Shown piece after piece: positions 19,941-30,584 of a DNA stretch of 64,000 nt (position 1 is the stretch's first letter; the number at the start of each line of letters is the position of its first letter). Source of the DNA: Longimicrobiales bacterium. GTDB lineage: Bacteria; Gemmatimonadota; Gemmatimonadetes; Longimicrobiales; Gaopeijiaceae. The stretch is from positions 224,001 to 288,000 of the forward strand of contig CBDDCX010000007.1 of NCBI GenBank assembly GCA_965226375.1, given 5' to 3'. The translations under genes were made by a program, and so were the position numbers. The notes below the pieces were generated by a model, which saw nothing but the letters and a program-made list of their open reading frames with translations, did no database searches and was not told the origin of the DNA.

Positions 19941-20420
19941 TTGCGGCGGTTCGCCGACCTTGAGATTGGGCTCCCCAAGCCCAACTCTCATGAGTTCTGT
20001 CTTAACCTTCTCAGGAATCTGAAGACCGCCGGGTTGTCGAGTACCGCTACCGAGACACTTGCCAGGTTCGCTGATCTGTTCGAGTTGCCGCTACGCACCC
20101 AGGAGCGATGTTTCACGGAGATGAGTGCTGTGGCAGCGACCATGCCAGGAGTAGCGGCAGAAGGAGCACTCGCCTTCATGTGCGCCTTCCGGGCTGCCGA
20201 TGTTGAGCAGTACCACGCTTACCGAACCGAAAGATCCAGCCTGAAGACTAGCCTGAGTCAGATGGGGGTGAAGCGGCAGCGTCGTGACGATGAGACGGTC
20301 TACTTTAAACAGACCAGTGAGATCCTAGGCGATACGATGACGGCACTGAACCAGAGGATCGGTTGGACAAGCAGGTTGATGGAGCGCCTTGAGGTGGTGG
20401 CGAACCTTCTTGATGAATGA
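19941..20420 (+). CDS. Hypothetical protein (possibly a 3' fragment)
   Basis: 159-aa ORF with no recognised motif. Confidence 0.35.
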   Translation: MRRFADLEIGLPKPNSHEFCLNLLRNLKTAGLSSTATETLARFADLFELPLRTQERCFTEMSAVAATMPGVAAEGALAFMCAFRAADVEQYHAYRTERSSLKTSLSQMGVKRQRRDDETVYFKQTSEILGDTMTALNQRIGWTSRLMERLEVVANLLDE

Positions 20421-20648
20421 CGAGAGGCGGAACAACTTCAGCCCGATTAACGTGCTCGACTACAACGGGCTCCGGGTGGTGTGGTCAGCGGTTGAAGGAC
20501 AGGACTGACTTTGGTCAGTTCTTGGTCAATTCCACTTGAAAAAGATGGTAGAATGGTGTAGACGTAGGAGACGGGCAGATCGGCACCTTGCCCTTCGGTT
20601 GCAACAGAATACGGTCGCCCGGCAAAGGCTTGAAAAGGCTACCCGTCA

Positions 20649-20704
20649 GACTCAAAATCCGGCGGGCTTCGGCCCTTGGGGGTTCGAGTCCCCCTCCCGG
20701 CACT
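20649..20704 (+). repeat. attR: duplicated 3' half of tRNA-Leu
   Basis: Identical to 14633-14688 and starts at the anticodon arm. Confidence 0.95.
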
Positions 20705-20732
20705 GGTCGCAAGTGCTGCTCCTGAGGAGATC

Positions 20733-21278
20733 ATGAGAACCATACTGACGGCACTCTTGGTGGTGGGATGCCTTTGGCACGGTGGCGTAGGGGCCCAGGA
20801 GCGCGTGCAGAACGGCGAGAGGATCCGTGTAGAACACCATGTGGACGGGGGAGACCCGGAGATGGTGGAAGGGTGGCTTGTAGGCATCCACCCGGGCGAT
20901 TCGATCGTCTTGGCCACCAGGGCCGATCGGGACAGGATTTCGTTCAGAACTACGCTCGTGGACCGGTTCCAGGTCTATCGCATCGACACCAAGGTCACCC
21001 AGGTGGCCCTACTGGGCACGGTGGCCGGCGGTCTAATCATGTTTCCCTTCACCGAGTCCGAGTGCTCCGACACCCGGACCGAGATCTGTCTCGGCCGTGT
21101 CACAGTGCTGTACGCGGCGGCCGGGGGCTTCCTGCTGGGAGGTCTTATCGGCTCTTTTTTCAAGGTCCCGACGTGGAAGGATGTGGCGCCCGAGTCGTTC
21201 CGATTTCCGTTGGTCCAACCCGCTTTGACCTTCGATGGTGGGGTGGGGTTTTCGGCGAGGGTTGCGCTGCCGCATTAG
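20733..21278 (+). CDS. Hypothetical exported/membrane protein
   Basis: GAGGAG RBS, signal peptide and Gly-rich hydrophobic segments. Confidence 0.6.
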   Translation: MRTILTALLVVGCLWHGGVGAQERVQNGERIRVEHHVDGGDPEMVEGWLVGIHPGDSIVLATRADRDRISFRTTLVDRFQVYRIDTKVTQVALLGTVAGGLIMFPFTESECSDTRTEICLGRVTVLYAAAGGFLLGGLIGSFFKVPTWKDVAPESFRFPLVQPALTFDGGVGFSARVALPH

Positions 21279-21441
21279 TGCCGATGGGTGGGTGACTCTC
21301 CCGTGGATAGGATGCGGTCCGCCTTCCTGTGCCAGGTCCTGCACAGCAACCTGTCTTACACCCTCGGGGCTCCTTAGAATGACCTCCTAGAGTCGGGCGC
21401 TCCTGACCGGTGGTCTCATCCCGGAACCGGATCGTCATGTT

Positions 21442-22284
21442 GTGTTTGCGGCTCGGATGCCGCTCCCACTCCGCAGAAGGCTGGAAATTGCTTTGGACGC
21501 CACTCCTACCCCCGTCCTCGTCGAACGGGACGAAGCGGTCGCGGTCCTCACGCTCAACCGTCCCGAGCGTCTGAACGCCGTAAGTCCCGACCTCTACCGG
21601 GTGCTCAAGCAGGCCCTCGACGACATCGAGTCCGATCGGGATGTAAGGGTCGTGGTGCTCACCGGCGCGGGCCGAGGCTTCTGCGTGGGGGCCGATCTCA
21701 AGTCCCACTCCGAGGGGCCCATGTCGGCGGAGGCACGGCGGGACTATATCGGCCTCGCTCAGACGGTGAACGCGGGCCTGCAGCACAGCCGGGTGCCTGT
21801 CGTAGCCGCGGTGAATGGCCACGCGATCGGGGCTGGGTTGGAGCTCGCCCTATCCGCCGACTTTATCCTGGTGGCCCGAGACGCGAAGCTCCGTCTTCCT
21901 GAGGTCGCTCTGGGGACCTTCGTCGGCGGAGGCGTTACGTACCGACTTCCGCGGCGTGTCGGTGACCTCAAGGCGAGGGAGCTCATTCTCGCGGGTGACT
22001 TCTTCAGCGGCGAAGACGCTGCAACCATGGGCTTGGCCAGCCGTGCCTTGCCCGCTGAGGATGTGCTGGCGGCGGCGCTCGTGCTCGCGAAGGAGCTCGC
22101 GCTCAAAGCGCCTCTCTCGATGACGGCGGCCAAGCGCCTGCTGAATCGCTCACGGGACATGACGTCCGAGGAGGCCATGGCCGAGGAAGCGGACGCGTTG
22201 GACGCGATCATGGAGAGTGAGGACTGGGGGGAAGGGGTTCGAGCGTTCGCAGAGAAAAGACCACCGCGTTTCCTCGGAAATTAG
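21442..22284 (+). CDS. Enoyl-CoA hydratase/isomerase family protein (start may be ~21493)
   Basis: LNRPERLNA, FCVGADL, AVNGHAIGAGLE, PEVALG, AFAEKRPP. Confidence 0.93.
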   Translation: MFAARMPLPLRRRLEIALDATPTPVLVERDEAVAVLTLNRPERLNAVSPDLYRVLKQALDDIESDRDVRVVVLTGAGRGFCVGADLKSHSEGPMSAEARRDYIGLAQTVNAGLQHSRVPVVAAVNGHAIGAGLELALSADFILVARDAKLRLPEVALGTFVGGGVTYRLPRRVGDLKARELILAGDFFSGEDAATMGLASRALPAEDVLAAALVLAKELALKAPLSMTAAKRLLNRSRDMTSEEAMAEEADALDAIMESEDWGEGVRAFAEKRPPRFLGN

Positions 22285-22322
22285 GCGATCCGGGTGACGA
22301 TCTGGACGTTGAGGCTGGTCGG

Positions 22323-24493
22323 GTGAATAAGCCGGACGGTCTCGAGGATGTGCCGCCGGAGCGTCCAGTGGACGGCAGCGGAGTACGGGCCGCACTCTAC
22401 CCTCGCTCCATCGCCGTGCTCGGTGCGTCCAGAAGCCCCAAGAAGCGAGGCAACCGAGTACTCCGCGCGCTTTCCGAGCTGGGATTCGAAGGGCCCGTCT
22501 ATCCGGTCAATCCCAACGCCACCGAGATCGACGGTCGGACGTGTTATCCAAACGTGGAGGCACTTCCGGAGGCGCCCGACCTGGCGCTGATCGCACTCCC
22601 GGGGTCGATGACTCCTGCGGCCGTCGAGGCGTGTGGGCGGGCGGGCGTCCGAGCGGCCATCATCCTGGCGGTGGGCTTCGCGGAGTCGGGCGAGGAGGGC
22701 GCTGAGCTACAGGCGAGCCTGCTCGAGGCGGCGCGCGACTCCGGGGTCCGGATCGTGGGTCCCAACACCTCTGGACTCCTGAACCTCGGCCTGGGACTCA
22801 ACCTGGTGGGTACGCCCGACCTCACTCCGGGCTCCATCGGCATCCTGAGTCAGTCGGGCAACATCGCGCTGGCCCTGATGAACGAGGGGGGACGCACTCC
22901 TGGGGTGGGTGTATCGGTATACGTGGGGGTGGGTAACGAGACCGACATCGGGTTCCACGAGTACCTTGACGTCCTCGCAGAAGATGACGGTACTGATGTG
23001 ATCGTGATCTACGCCGACGGCATGCGTGCCCCGGGAGCTTTCCTCCGCTCGGCCGCCCGCGTCACACGTTCCAAGCCCATCGTGTTTCTCAAGGGAGGGA
23101 GGCCGCCCGAGGGCTCGACGGCGGTGCTGTCGCACACCGGAGCATTGGCGGGAGATTACGCTGTGTTGAGCGCCGGTCTCAGGCAGGCCGGCGTGGTGGA
23201 GGTGACGCGTGAGGATGAGCTGCTCCCCGTGGCGCTGGCGCTGGCGAAACAACCTCCGGGCGCCGCGGGCGGTATCGCCATCCTCTCGGACGGGGGAGGG
23301 CAGAACGCCCTGGCCTGTGACCTGTTCCACGAGATGGGTTGTCCGACGGCGACGCTTTCGGCCGAGACGCGAGAAAGACTGGGGGTGATCCTCGGTCCGG
23401 CGGCCGCCGTGCGAAATCCCGTCGACGTGGCGGGAGCGGCCGACTCCAATCCGGGCGTGTTCGCCGACGCCCTCGGGGTTCTCGTCGGCGATCCGGGTGT
23501 GGCCGGTGTTCTGCTCGTGGGGTTGTTCGGGGATACCACATCGCATACTCGAAGACCTTCGAGCTGGTCGAGATGGAGGCCGCCGGTCGACTGATGAACG
23601 ATGCCGGGGCGGCGGGCAAGCCGGTGGTGGTGCACTCCATATACGCGAATGTGGATAGCCTTCCTCTCACGCACCTGAGAGAGGGAGGGGTGCCGGTGAC
23701 CTCTTCCCTGGAGATCGCCTGCCGGTGTGCGGAGGTAGTGGTTCGCAGGCGCGATCTTCTGCTTCGAGCTCCCGTTTGGGCGAGGGAAAATCTGGCGGAC
23801 AGGGCCGGCCTGAGGGCTCCGGCGACATCGCCTGCCTCTCTAACAGAGTGGCAGGCTCGTGAGGAGCTGTCGGCCTACGGGGCGCGCTTTGCTCCGGGAA
23901 GACTCGTGCGTACCAAGGACGACCTGGCCGGCCTGTCCTGGGACGCACCGTTCGCCATGAAGATCGTTTCGCCCGGCATTCCGCATAAGACGGAGGCCGA
24001 CGGTGTACTGCTCGACGTGGCCAGCCTGTCTGAAGCCGAAAATGGAATGTCACGGCTCATGGATTCGGCCCACACCTACCTGCAGGGTAAGGGGTCCGAC
24101 GCTTCGATCGACGGGATCCTGGTCACCGAGATGATGCCCGCTCCCGTCGCGGAGTTGCTCATCGGAGTTCGTCGGATGCCACGCCTCGGCTGTGTCCTCA
24201 CGGTCGGGGCAGGAGGGACCCGTACGGAGGCTCTCGGTGACGTGACTCACCGGGTCCTTCCCATCCACGCCACAGAGGTCGAGGAGATGCTCCTCGAGTT
24301 GCCCATAGCTCCCGTGCTCTCAGGCGCCCGAGGACGGCCTGCCGCCAGCCTGCAGGCAGTGTCGGAGTTGGTGTTGGCGGTGGTTCGATACGCCTTGCAC
24401 GATCCGTCGATCAGCGAGGTGGAGCTCAACCCCACCTTCGCTTATGCGGATCGGGCCATTGCCGTGGACGCTCTGGTGGTGCGACGCGCCTGA
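22323..24493 (+). pseudogene. Acetate/acyl-CoA ligase (ADP-forming) family, split by a frameshift near 23530
   Basis: CoA-binding domain, SQSG, SHTGALAG and NPVD in one frame. ATP-grasp domain (HKTEADGV, EVELNP) in another. GLFG-GY is broken at a G run. Confidence 0.85.
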
Positions 24494-24532
24494 GTATCAC
24501 CTGAGTATGGCATGAGTGTCCCCTGAGTATCG
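24489..24532 (+). repeat. 4 x 11-bp tandem repeat (CCTGAGTATCN)
   Basis: CCTGAGTATCA CCTGAGTATGG CATGAGTGTCC CCTGAGTATCG. Confidence 0.8.
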
Positions 24533-24679
24533 AGAAATCGTGAAAAGTGCACTTCATCGGGCGTGCATATTTCCTTAGTTTTAAACTCTGTCTTTCGGAT
24601 TGAGGCAATTGGCGGGAAATGCAGTGAATCAACGGCAATTTCGGCCTTGATTGGCAAATGTGCCGGCATCGGAGATGAA

Positions 24680-25987
24680 ATGGGTGACAACGGGAGTGAT
24701 GGAAACAACTCACTGACGGTTCGGGACAACCGTACGGGGCGTGAGTACGAGATAGATATTCAGGACGGCGACGTCATCAACGCGATGGACCTCCGCCAGA
24801 TCAAGGTCAATGAAGACGACTTCGGCATGATGTCGTATGACCCCGCCTTCTCCAACACGGCATCGACGCGCAGCGCCATCACCTTCATCGACGGTGGCAC
24901 GGGCATCCTGGAGTACCGGGGATATCCCATCGAGCAGCTCGCCGAGCGCAGCAACTTTCTCGAGGTAGCCTACCTGATCTTGAAGGGTGAGCTCCCCACC
25001 AAGCCGGAGTTGGACGAGTTCACGCAGAACATCACGATGCACACCTACGTGCACGAGAACTTTCGTCGCCTGATGCATGGGTTCCGCTATGACGCTCATG
25101 CCATGAGCATGGTCATCAGCGGTGTCGCGGCGCTCAACACGTTCTATCCCGACGGCACCAACGTCCGTGATGCGGACAACCGCTGGCTTCAGATCCAGCG
25201 TCTGGTGGCCAAGATGCCGACCTTGGCGGCTTACGCCTATCGACATCACCGGGGGCTGCCCGCCGTCTATCCGGAAAACGAGCTGTCCTATACGGCGAAC
25301 TTCCTGAACATGCTGTTCCGCATCGGTGGGCGGGAGTACAAGCCCAACCCGGTTCTGGAGCGGGCGCTCGATGTACTCTTCATTCTGCATGCGGATCACG
25401 AGCAGAACTGCTCGGCGACCACGATGCGGGTCATCGGCAGTGCGGAGACGGACCCCTACTCGTCCCTGGCCGGTGCCATGGGTGCCTTGTTCGGGCCGCT
25501 CCACGGTGGAGCGAATGAGGCCGTGCTGAGGATGCTCAACCGGATTGGATCCATGGACAACATCCCCGCGTTCATGGAGGGCGTAAAGAACAGGAAAGAG
25601 CGCCTCATGGGCTTCGGGCATCGGGTGTACAAGGCCTATGATCCCCGAGCCAGCATCATCAAGCGGACCGCGGATGAAGTATTCGAGGTCACGGGACGCA
25701 ATCCACTCCTGGACATCGCTCTCGAGCTCGAGAAGATCGCCCTCGAGGACGAGTTCTTCGTGTCGCGAAACCTGTATCCCAACGTCGACTTCTACTCCGG
25801 TCTCATCTACCAAGCTCTGGGATTCCCGGTCGAGATGTTCGGAGTGCTTTTCGCGATACCGCGCACCGTGGGATGGCTCGCTCAGTGGGAGGAGATGCTC
25901 GAGGACAAGGAACAGCGCATCTCCCGTCCCCGGCAGATCTTCACGGGGAGTGCCAAGAGAGATTTCGTGCCGATCGAAGATCGCTAG
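24680..25987 (+). CDS. gltA: Citrate synthase
   Basis: YRGYPIEQL, LHADHEQNCS, GPLHGGANE, GFGHRVYK, YPNVDFYSG. Confidence 0.97.
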   Translation: MGDNGSDGNNSLTVRDNRTGREYEIDIQDGDVINAMDLRQIKVNEDDFGMMSYDPAFSNTASTRSAITFIDGGTGILEYRGYPIEQLAERSNFLEVAYLILKGELPTKPELDEFTQNITMHTYVHENFRRLMHGFRYDAHAMSMVISGVAALNTFYPDGTNVRDADNRWLQIQRLVAKMPTLAAYAYRHHRGLPAVYPENELSYTANFLNMLFRIGGREYKPNPVLERALDVLFILHADHEQNCSATTMRVIGSAETDPYSSLAGAMGALFGPLHGGANEAVLRMLNRIGSMDNIPAFMEGVKNRKERLMGFGHRVYKAYDPRASIIKRTADEVFEVTGRNPLLDIALELEKIALEDEFFVSRNLYPNVDFYSGLIYQALGFPVEMFGVLFAIPRTVGWLAQWEEMLEDKEQRISRPRQIFTGSAKRDFVPIEDR

Positions 25988-26024
25988 TCCACAGTCGAAT
26001 CAGGGTTCGCTCAGAGGAGAAGAC

Positions 26025-26915
26025 ATGTCCGTAGTCCCGATTGACGTGATGCATCTCGGTCGCTCGGGCACGATCACCTCGTACTGGATCGACGGGCCCG
26101 AACCGGCCTTGGTGGATCCAGGACCGAGTACGTCGCTCGAAGGGCTGGAGGCGGGACTCCAAGAGCAGGGCCTCGGGTTCGCCGATCTGCGCCATCTACT
26201 TCTCACGCACGTTCACCTCGACCACGCGGGCGGCGCCGGGCACCTGGTCGAGCGGTTTCCCAACGTCCAGGTTCACGTCCAGGTGGACGCGGCGCCGCAC
26301 ATGGCGGATCCGGAGCGGCTCGTGTCGAGCACCAGACGAACCTTTGGGGACAGGCACGACCGCCTCTGGGGTGATGTGCTTCCGGTTCCCAAGGACCGCA
26401 TTCGTGCGTGGGAGCCGTCCACGCGTTTGTCGGTACCAGGAGTGCGAGTGTTTTCGACACCCGGCCATATCGCGCATCATGTTTCATACTTGGCCGAGGA
26501 CGACGGGATCCTCCTGGCGGGCGACGCTATGGGTGTCATTCTGGCTCCCGGCGCACCGACACATCCTTCGGGGCCGCCACCCGCGGTGAGCGTACCCGCG
26601 TGGCTCGAGACCTTGGAAGCGATCGAGCCGATCGACCCCGACCTCTTCGGCCCGACACACTCCGGGTTGCACGGGGACTTCACGGGACGTGTGGCGCAGT
26701 TGCGAGAGCGTCTCTTGGCGCTCCGTGACCGGGTACAGGAGGCCATCGAGGCCGGAGATGACAGCGATCGTGCGGTCTTCGAGTCCGAGGTGCGCGATGA
26801 GCTCGCCCAATTCCGTCCGAGAGAAGAGGTCGACGACTACTTCGATGCCTTCAACCCGACCATGGACTGGGACGGCATGAAGCACCACCTGGAACGGGCG
26901 GATCGATCGTCGTAG
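26025..26915 (+). CDS. Metallo-beta-lactamase fold hydrolase
   Basis: THVHLDHAGG, TPGH, AGD. GAGGAG RBS. Confidence 0.9.
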   Translation: MSVVPIDVMHLGRSGTITSYWIDGPEPALVDPGPSTSLEGLEAGLQEQGLGFADLRHLLLTHVHLDHAGGAGHLVERFPNVQVHVQVDAAPHMADPERLVSSTRRTFGDRHDRLWGDVLPVPKDRIRAWEPSTRLSVPGVRVFSTPGHIAHHVSYLAEDDGILLAGDAMGVILAPGAPTHPSGPPPAVSVPAWLETLEAIEPIDPDLFGPTHSGLHGDFTGRVAQLRERLLALRDRVQEAIEAGDDSDRAVFESEVRDELAQFRPREEVDDYFDAFNPTMDWDGMKHHLERADRSS

Positions 26916-26950
26916 GGCTGTGGGCAGGTTGCTGACGGAGGACTCAGCGG

Positions 26951-29900
26951 TCAGCCGAAGTTCTTCACCCCCGGAGGCGACTGCCGGAGTGCCGTCAGAT
27001 ATCGGAACGGCGTTCGGACACTACGCTCCGGCTCGGCCCACCACTCCAGCGCACCCGGCAGGGTAGGGTGGAGATCTTCGGGTTTGGCGGTTTCATTTAT
27101 CCGTACGGCCTTCACGTCGAACGCGATAACGTTCATGGTCAGCCCGTCTTTCTGTAGGCGTCCCCGAACCACGAGGAACGACTCCATACGTACGGTCGTC
27201 CGGCATGTTTCGTAGATCTTCGGCTTCACAATTACGTTTATGGGACCACTCTCATCTTCCATCAGGACAAAGCCATAGCCGTTTGCGGTTGAAGGCCTTT
27301 GACGGGCCACTACGATGCCCGCCACCGTCACGGTGGAGTGGTTCGGAAGGTCCGGGAATCGATCGCCGCTCACGGTTTCGGAAGGAAGCTCGTCCCGGAG
27401 TAGGGCCAGGGGATGGAGATGGGTGGAAAAGCGGAGCATGCGGTACTCCGCCACCATGCGTTCGGTGTCCTCGAGGCCGGGGAACGCGATACGCGCGTAC
27501 GGATCGTCTAGACCCAACTCGGCCTGGGGATGGTCGTCCCGGCCACCGCTCCGCTCCGCATCGTCCTCCGGGCCCAACCAGAGGCCGGCTTGCCACAGGA
27601 GCTGCCTGCGCGTGAGGCCGAAGCTCTCGAAGCCACCCACCCAGATGAGGTTCTCCACCGCAGGTCTCTTCAGGGTCGCAGGCGTCCGCCTCAGGAAGTC
27701 GGACAGGGAGACGAACGGCCCGTTCCGCTCCCGCTCTTCTACGACTCTCTCGGCGATATCGGTGCCCCAACCCCGGACGAAGCCCAGGCCGACCCTCAGG
27801 TCGTTGTCCTCGGCCGTACACTTCACCCGGCTTCGATTCACGTCCGGAAGGCGAATCCCGATTCCGTGGCGTCGGGCGTCCCGGCCAAGGGCGTCCAGGG
27901 AGTAGAAACCCATGGGCTGGTTGTTGAAGAGACCCACGTAGAACTCGGTGCCGTAGTAGTAGCGCAGCCACGCCGACTGGTAGGCCAGAAGGCCGAATGC
28001 CGCAGCGTGGGACTTGGGAAAACCGAATTCGCTGAACGCAGTCACCTGTTGGAAGACCTTCTGGGCCGTGATCTCGTCGACTCCTCGTGCCCGTGCTCCA
28101 TCCCGAAAGTCGTCCCAATGCGAGTCCATGGCTTGCCTGGAACGTTTGCGGCTCATGGAGCGTCGCAGGTTCTCCGCCTTTCCGTCGGAAAACCCCGCCA
28201 GGGCTTGGCAGACCTGGAGAACCTGATCCTGGAAGATGATGACGCCCAGCGTCTCCCCAAGAGCATCTTCGAGGAGGGGATGATCGTACGGGACGCGGAA
28301 GTCGGAATTTTCGCGGAGGAGCTCCCTGCGTCTTACGTACGGGTTGACCGCACCTCCCACGATGGGACCCGGCCGGACGATGGCCACCTGGACGGCCAGG
28401 TCCTCCAGATTCCGGGGCTGGACGCGCCGAAGCATCTGTATCTGAGCCCTGCTCTCCACCTGAAACATGCCGATGGTGTCGCCCGTGCAGATGCGTTCGT
28501 AGACTTCTGGGTCGGCGAAGTCGATGCGGGACAGGTCGGGCGCCTGGCCGTGACGCTCCGAGATGAGGTCCACCGCCTCTTCCACCAGCGACAGCATACC
28601 CAGGGCCAGGAAGTCGATCTTGATGAACCCGGCGTCGTCACAGGAATCCTTGTCCCATTGGCAGAGGACCCGACCCTCCCACGCCGCCGGTTCCAGGGGC
28701 ACGATCTCCACGAGGGGCCGGCTGGAGATGATCATTCCGCCCACGTGCTGGGAGATGTGACGGGGCAGACCCTTGATGTCGTCGGCCAGCTCGCAGAGCG
28801 CCTGCCACGAGGGTGACTCGGCCTTTTCTCGGAATTCCGGCAACCGGCGCAGTTCCTCCATGAGGCCTCCGCCCGAGCGCCGTTCCGCCAGCTTCGAGAG
28901 CTTTTCCAGATCTCCCATGGGAAGGTCCAGGGCTTTGCCGATCTCCCGTAGCGTGAAGCGGATCCGGTACGTGGGGAATGCGCACACCAGGCCGGCGTGC
29001 TCATTCCCGTATCGTTTGTAGACCCGCAGGATCAGCTCTTCACGGATGTCGCGCGGGAAGTCGAGGTCGATGTCCGGGACGCTCCGCATGGCCTCATTCA
29101 GGAAGCGTCCCAGGAAGAGGTTCGTCTTCACCGGGTCCACATGCGACAGCCCGATCAAGTAGCAGATGATGGACGACACCGACGACCCTCGGCCCCGCCC
29201 CGGCGGCAGGCCGGCATTGGCCCGTGGCGCGGTTCCCCGGATGTCGGCGGCCACCTCTCGAGCCAGCTCCATGATATCGCGGTAGACGAGGAAGAAGCCG
29301 CCCAGGCCGTGGAGGTCCACGAGCGCGAGCTCCTGATGAAGTCGGTCCCGGGCTTCGTTCTCCAGCTTCGAACCGCCATAACGCTCGTCCAGCTTAGCCA
29401 GACATACGGCGGCCAGGGTCTCGAGCGCTCCTCCTCGGTCGCTTCCTTCGAAGTCGGGAAACGTGTATCCCAGATCCTTGGTGAGATCGAAGGCGGCGCA
29501 CCGCTCGGCGATCTCGAGGGTGTGGGCCAGGGCGTCGGGCCGGCCCTGGAAGCGGTTCTCCATCTCCTGGGGAGATGCCAGATAAAAGCGCGCGTTGGGG
29601 CGCCTCTGCGCGTGAGATCCGTTCAGTGTGGTCCGGTTCCGGATCGACACGAAGACGTCCTGAAGCCGATGCCGCTCGGGGCTGTGGTAGTGGACGTTGC
29701 CTGTGGCCACCACGGGAATCTCGAGCCGGTCGGCCAAGCGGCCCAGGCTCCGGTTCCGGTAGCCATCCCCCTTCTCCTGGTTGTCCTGGAGCTCCACGAA
29801 GAGCTTCCCGTATCCGAAAGCGCCCTGAAGACGTCGGGCCAGGAGCTCTGCGGTTGCCACGCTGTCCTCGAGGGCGACCAGAAGGGGGCCTTGCCGGCAC

Positions 29901-30349
29901 CCGGTGAGGGCGATGAGACCCTCTGTGCGGGCGAAGAGGGAGGAGAGAGGAAGGGTGGGGCGGCCGCGATCACTCTCCAGATGTGCCTCACTCAGGAGCC
30001 GGCAGAGGTTGGCATACCCGGCCGGGGTCTCGGCCAGGAGGGTCATGTGGCAGCCGCGGACCAGCGCGTCACCGTCCGGGTCGGCGGCATCGAGCCCGTC
30101 CAGGCCCTGGGGGATTCCCGGAATGTCCAGGGCCACGGTGACCTCTGCACCCGTGATGGGCTGGAGTCCTTCGGTGCGGGCCGCCTGGGCGAACTCCATG
30201 GAGCCATAGAGGCCGTTGTGGTCGGTGAGGGCCAGGGCCGGATACCCCACCTCCAGAGCTCTGAAAACCAACTCCTCGGGATGGGAGGCTCCATCCAGGA
30301 AGGAGAAGCCGGAGTGACAGTGAAGCTCGACGTAGGGAGGTGTGGACAC
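26951..30349 (-). CDS. dnaE2: Error-prone DNA polymerase III alpha subunit
   Basis: ELHCHSGFSFLDGASHPEEL, PDIDLD, QHVGG, QWDKD, FGFPKSHAAAF, NNQPMGFY and C-terminal KNFG. Confidence 0.95.
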   Translation of the reverse strand: MSTPPYVELHCHSGFSFLDGASHPEELVFRALEVGYPALALTDHNGLYGSMEFAQAARTEGLQPITGAEVTVALDIPGIPQGLDGLDAADPDGDALVRGCHMTLLAETPAGYANLCRLLSEAHLESDRGRPTLPLSSLFARTEGLIALTGCRQGPLLVALEDSVATAELLARRLQGAFGYGKLFVELQDNQEKGDGYRNRSLGRLADRLEIPVVATGNVHYHSPERHRLQDVFVSIRNRTTLNGSHAQRRPNARFYLASPQEMENRFQGRPDALAHTLEIAERCAAFDLTKDLGYTFPDFEGSDRGGALETLAAVCLAKLDERYGGSKLENEARDRLHQELALVDLHGLGGFFLVYRDIMELAREVAADIRGTAPRANAGLPPGRGRGSSVSSIICYLIGLSHVDPVKTNLFLGRFLNEAMRSVPDIDLDFPRDIREELILRVYKRYGNEHAGLVCAFPTYRIRFTLREIGKALDLPMGDLEKLSKLAERRSGGGLMEELRRLPEFREKAESPSWQALCELADDIKGLPRHISQHVGGMIISSRPLVEIVPLEPAAWEGRVLCQWDKDSCDDAGFIKIDFLALGMLSLVEEAVDLISERHGQAPDLSRIDFADPEVYERICTGDTIGMFQVESRAQIQMLRRVQPRNLEDLAVQVAIVRPGPIVGGAVNPYVRRRELLRENSDFRVPYDHPLLEDALGETLGVIIFQDQVLQVCQALAGFSDGKAENLRRSMSRKRSRQAMDSHWDDFRDGARARGVDEITAQKVFQQVTAFSEFGFPKSHAAAFGLLAYQSAWLRYYYGTEFYVGLFNNQPMGFYSLDALGRDARRHGIGIRLPDVNRSRVKCTAEDNDLRVGLGFVRGWGTDIAERVVEERERNGPFVSLSDFLRRTPATLKRPAVENLIWVGGFESFGLTRRQLLWQAGLWLGPEDDAERSGGRDDHPQAELGLDDPYARIAFPGLEDTERMVAEYRMLRFSTHLHPLALLRDELPSETVSGDRFPDLPNHSTVTVAGIVVARQRPSTANGYGFVLMEDESGPINVIVKPKIYETCRTTVRMESFLVVRGRLQKDGLTMNVIAFDVKAVRINETAKPEDLHPTLPGALEWWAEPERSVRTPFRYLTALRQSPPGVKNFG

Positions 30350-30353
30350 GGCC

Positions 30354-30409
30354 TTCGGGTTTTATTTGGGAAAGGAACCGAATATAAACCGAAGATAGTC
30401 GGGGTGCAA
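30354..30409 (-). promoter_or_regulatory. dnaE2 promoter with candidate operator
   Basis: TTGCAC-N17-TATATT on the minus strand. ACCGAATATAAACCGAA (30377-30393) overlaps the -10, with an inverted second copy at 30354-30370. Confidence 0.7.
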
Positions 30410-30584
30410 CGATAGGGCCGACGGTGGAGCCGATATTGGACGGCTTTCGGGTCGCTTCCTCGTGATGAACCCGAGCGGCCGCACAACTGGGTCATCTGTA
30501 TTCCTTGCTACGTGGCACTGTCCTGGTGCATTTTCCCGTCTGGCATCCCGAGCGTCCGGGTGCACGACCGCCGACCAGAACTCC

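Larger units (their letters stand above)
14689..20704. mobile_element. Integrative element / decayed prophage-like island in tRNA-Leu
   Basis: Flanked by a 56-bp tRNA 3' duplication, with the integrase next to the tRNA and small regulators inside. Confidence 0.9.

Noticed and set aside
20649..20704. Second tRNA-Leu gene
   Set aside because: It lacks the 5' acceptor strand and D-arm, so it is the att duplication.
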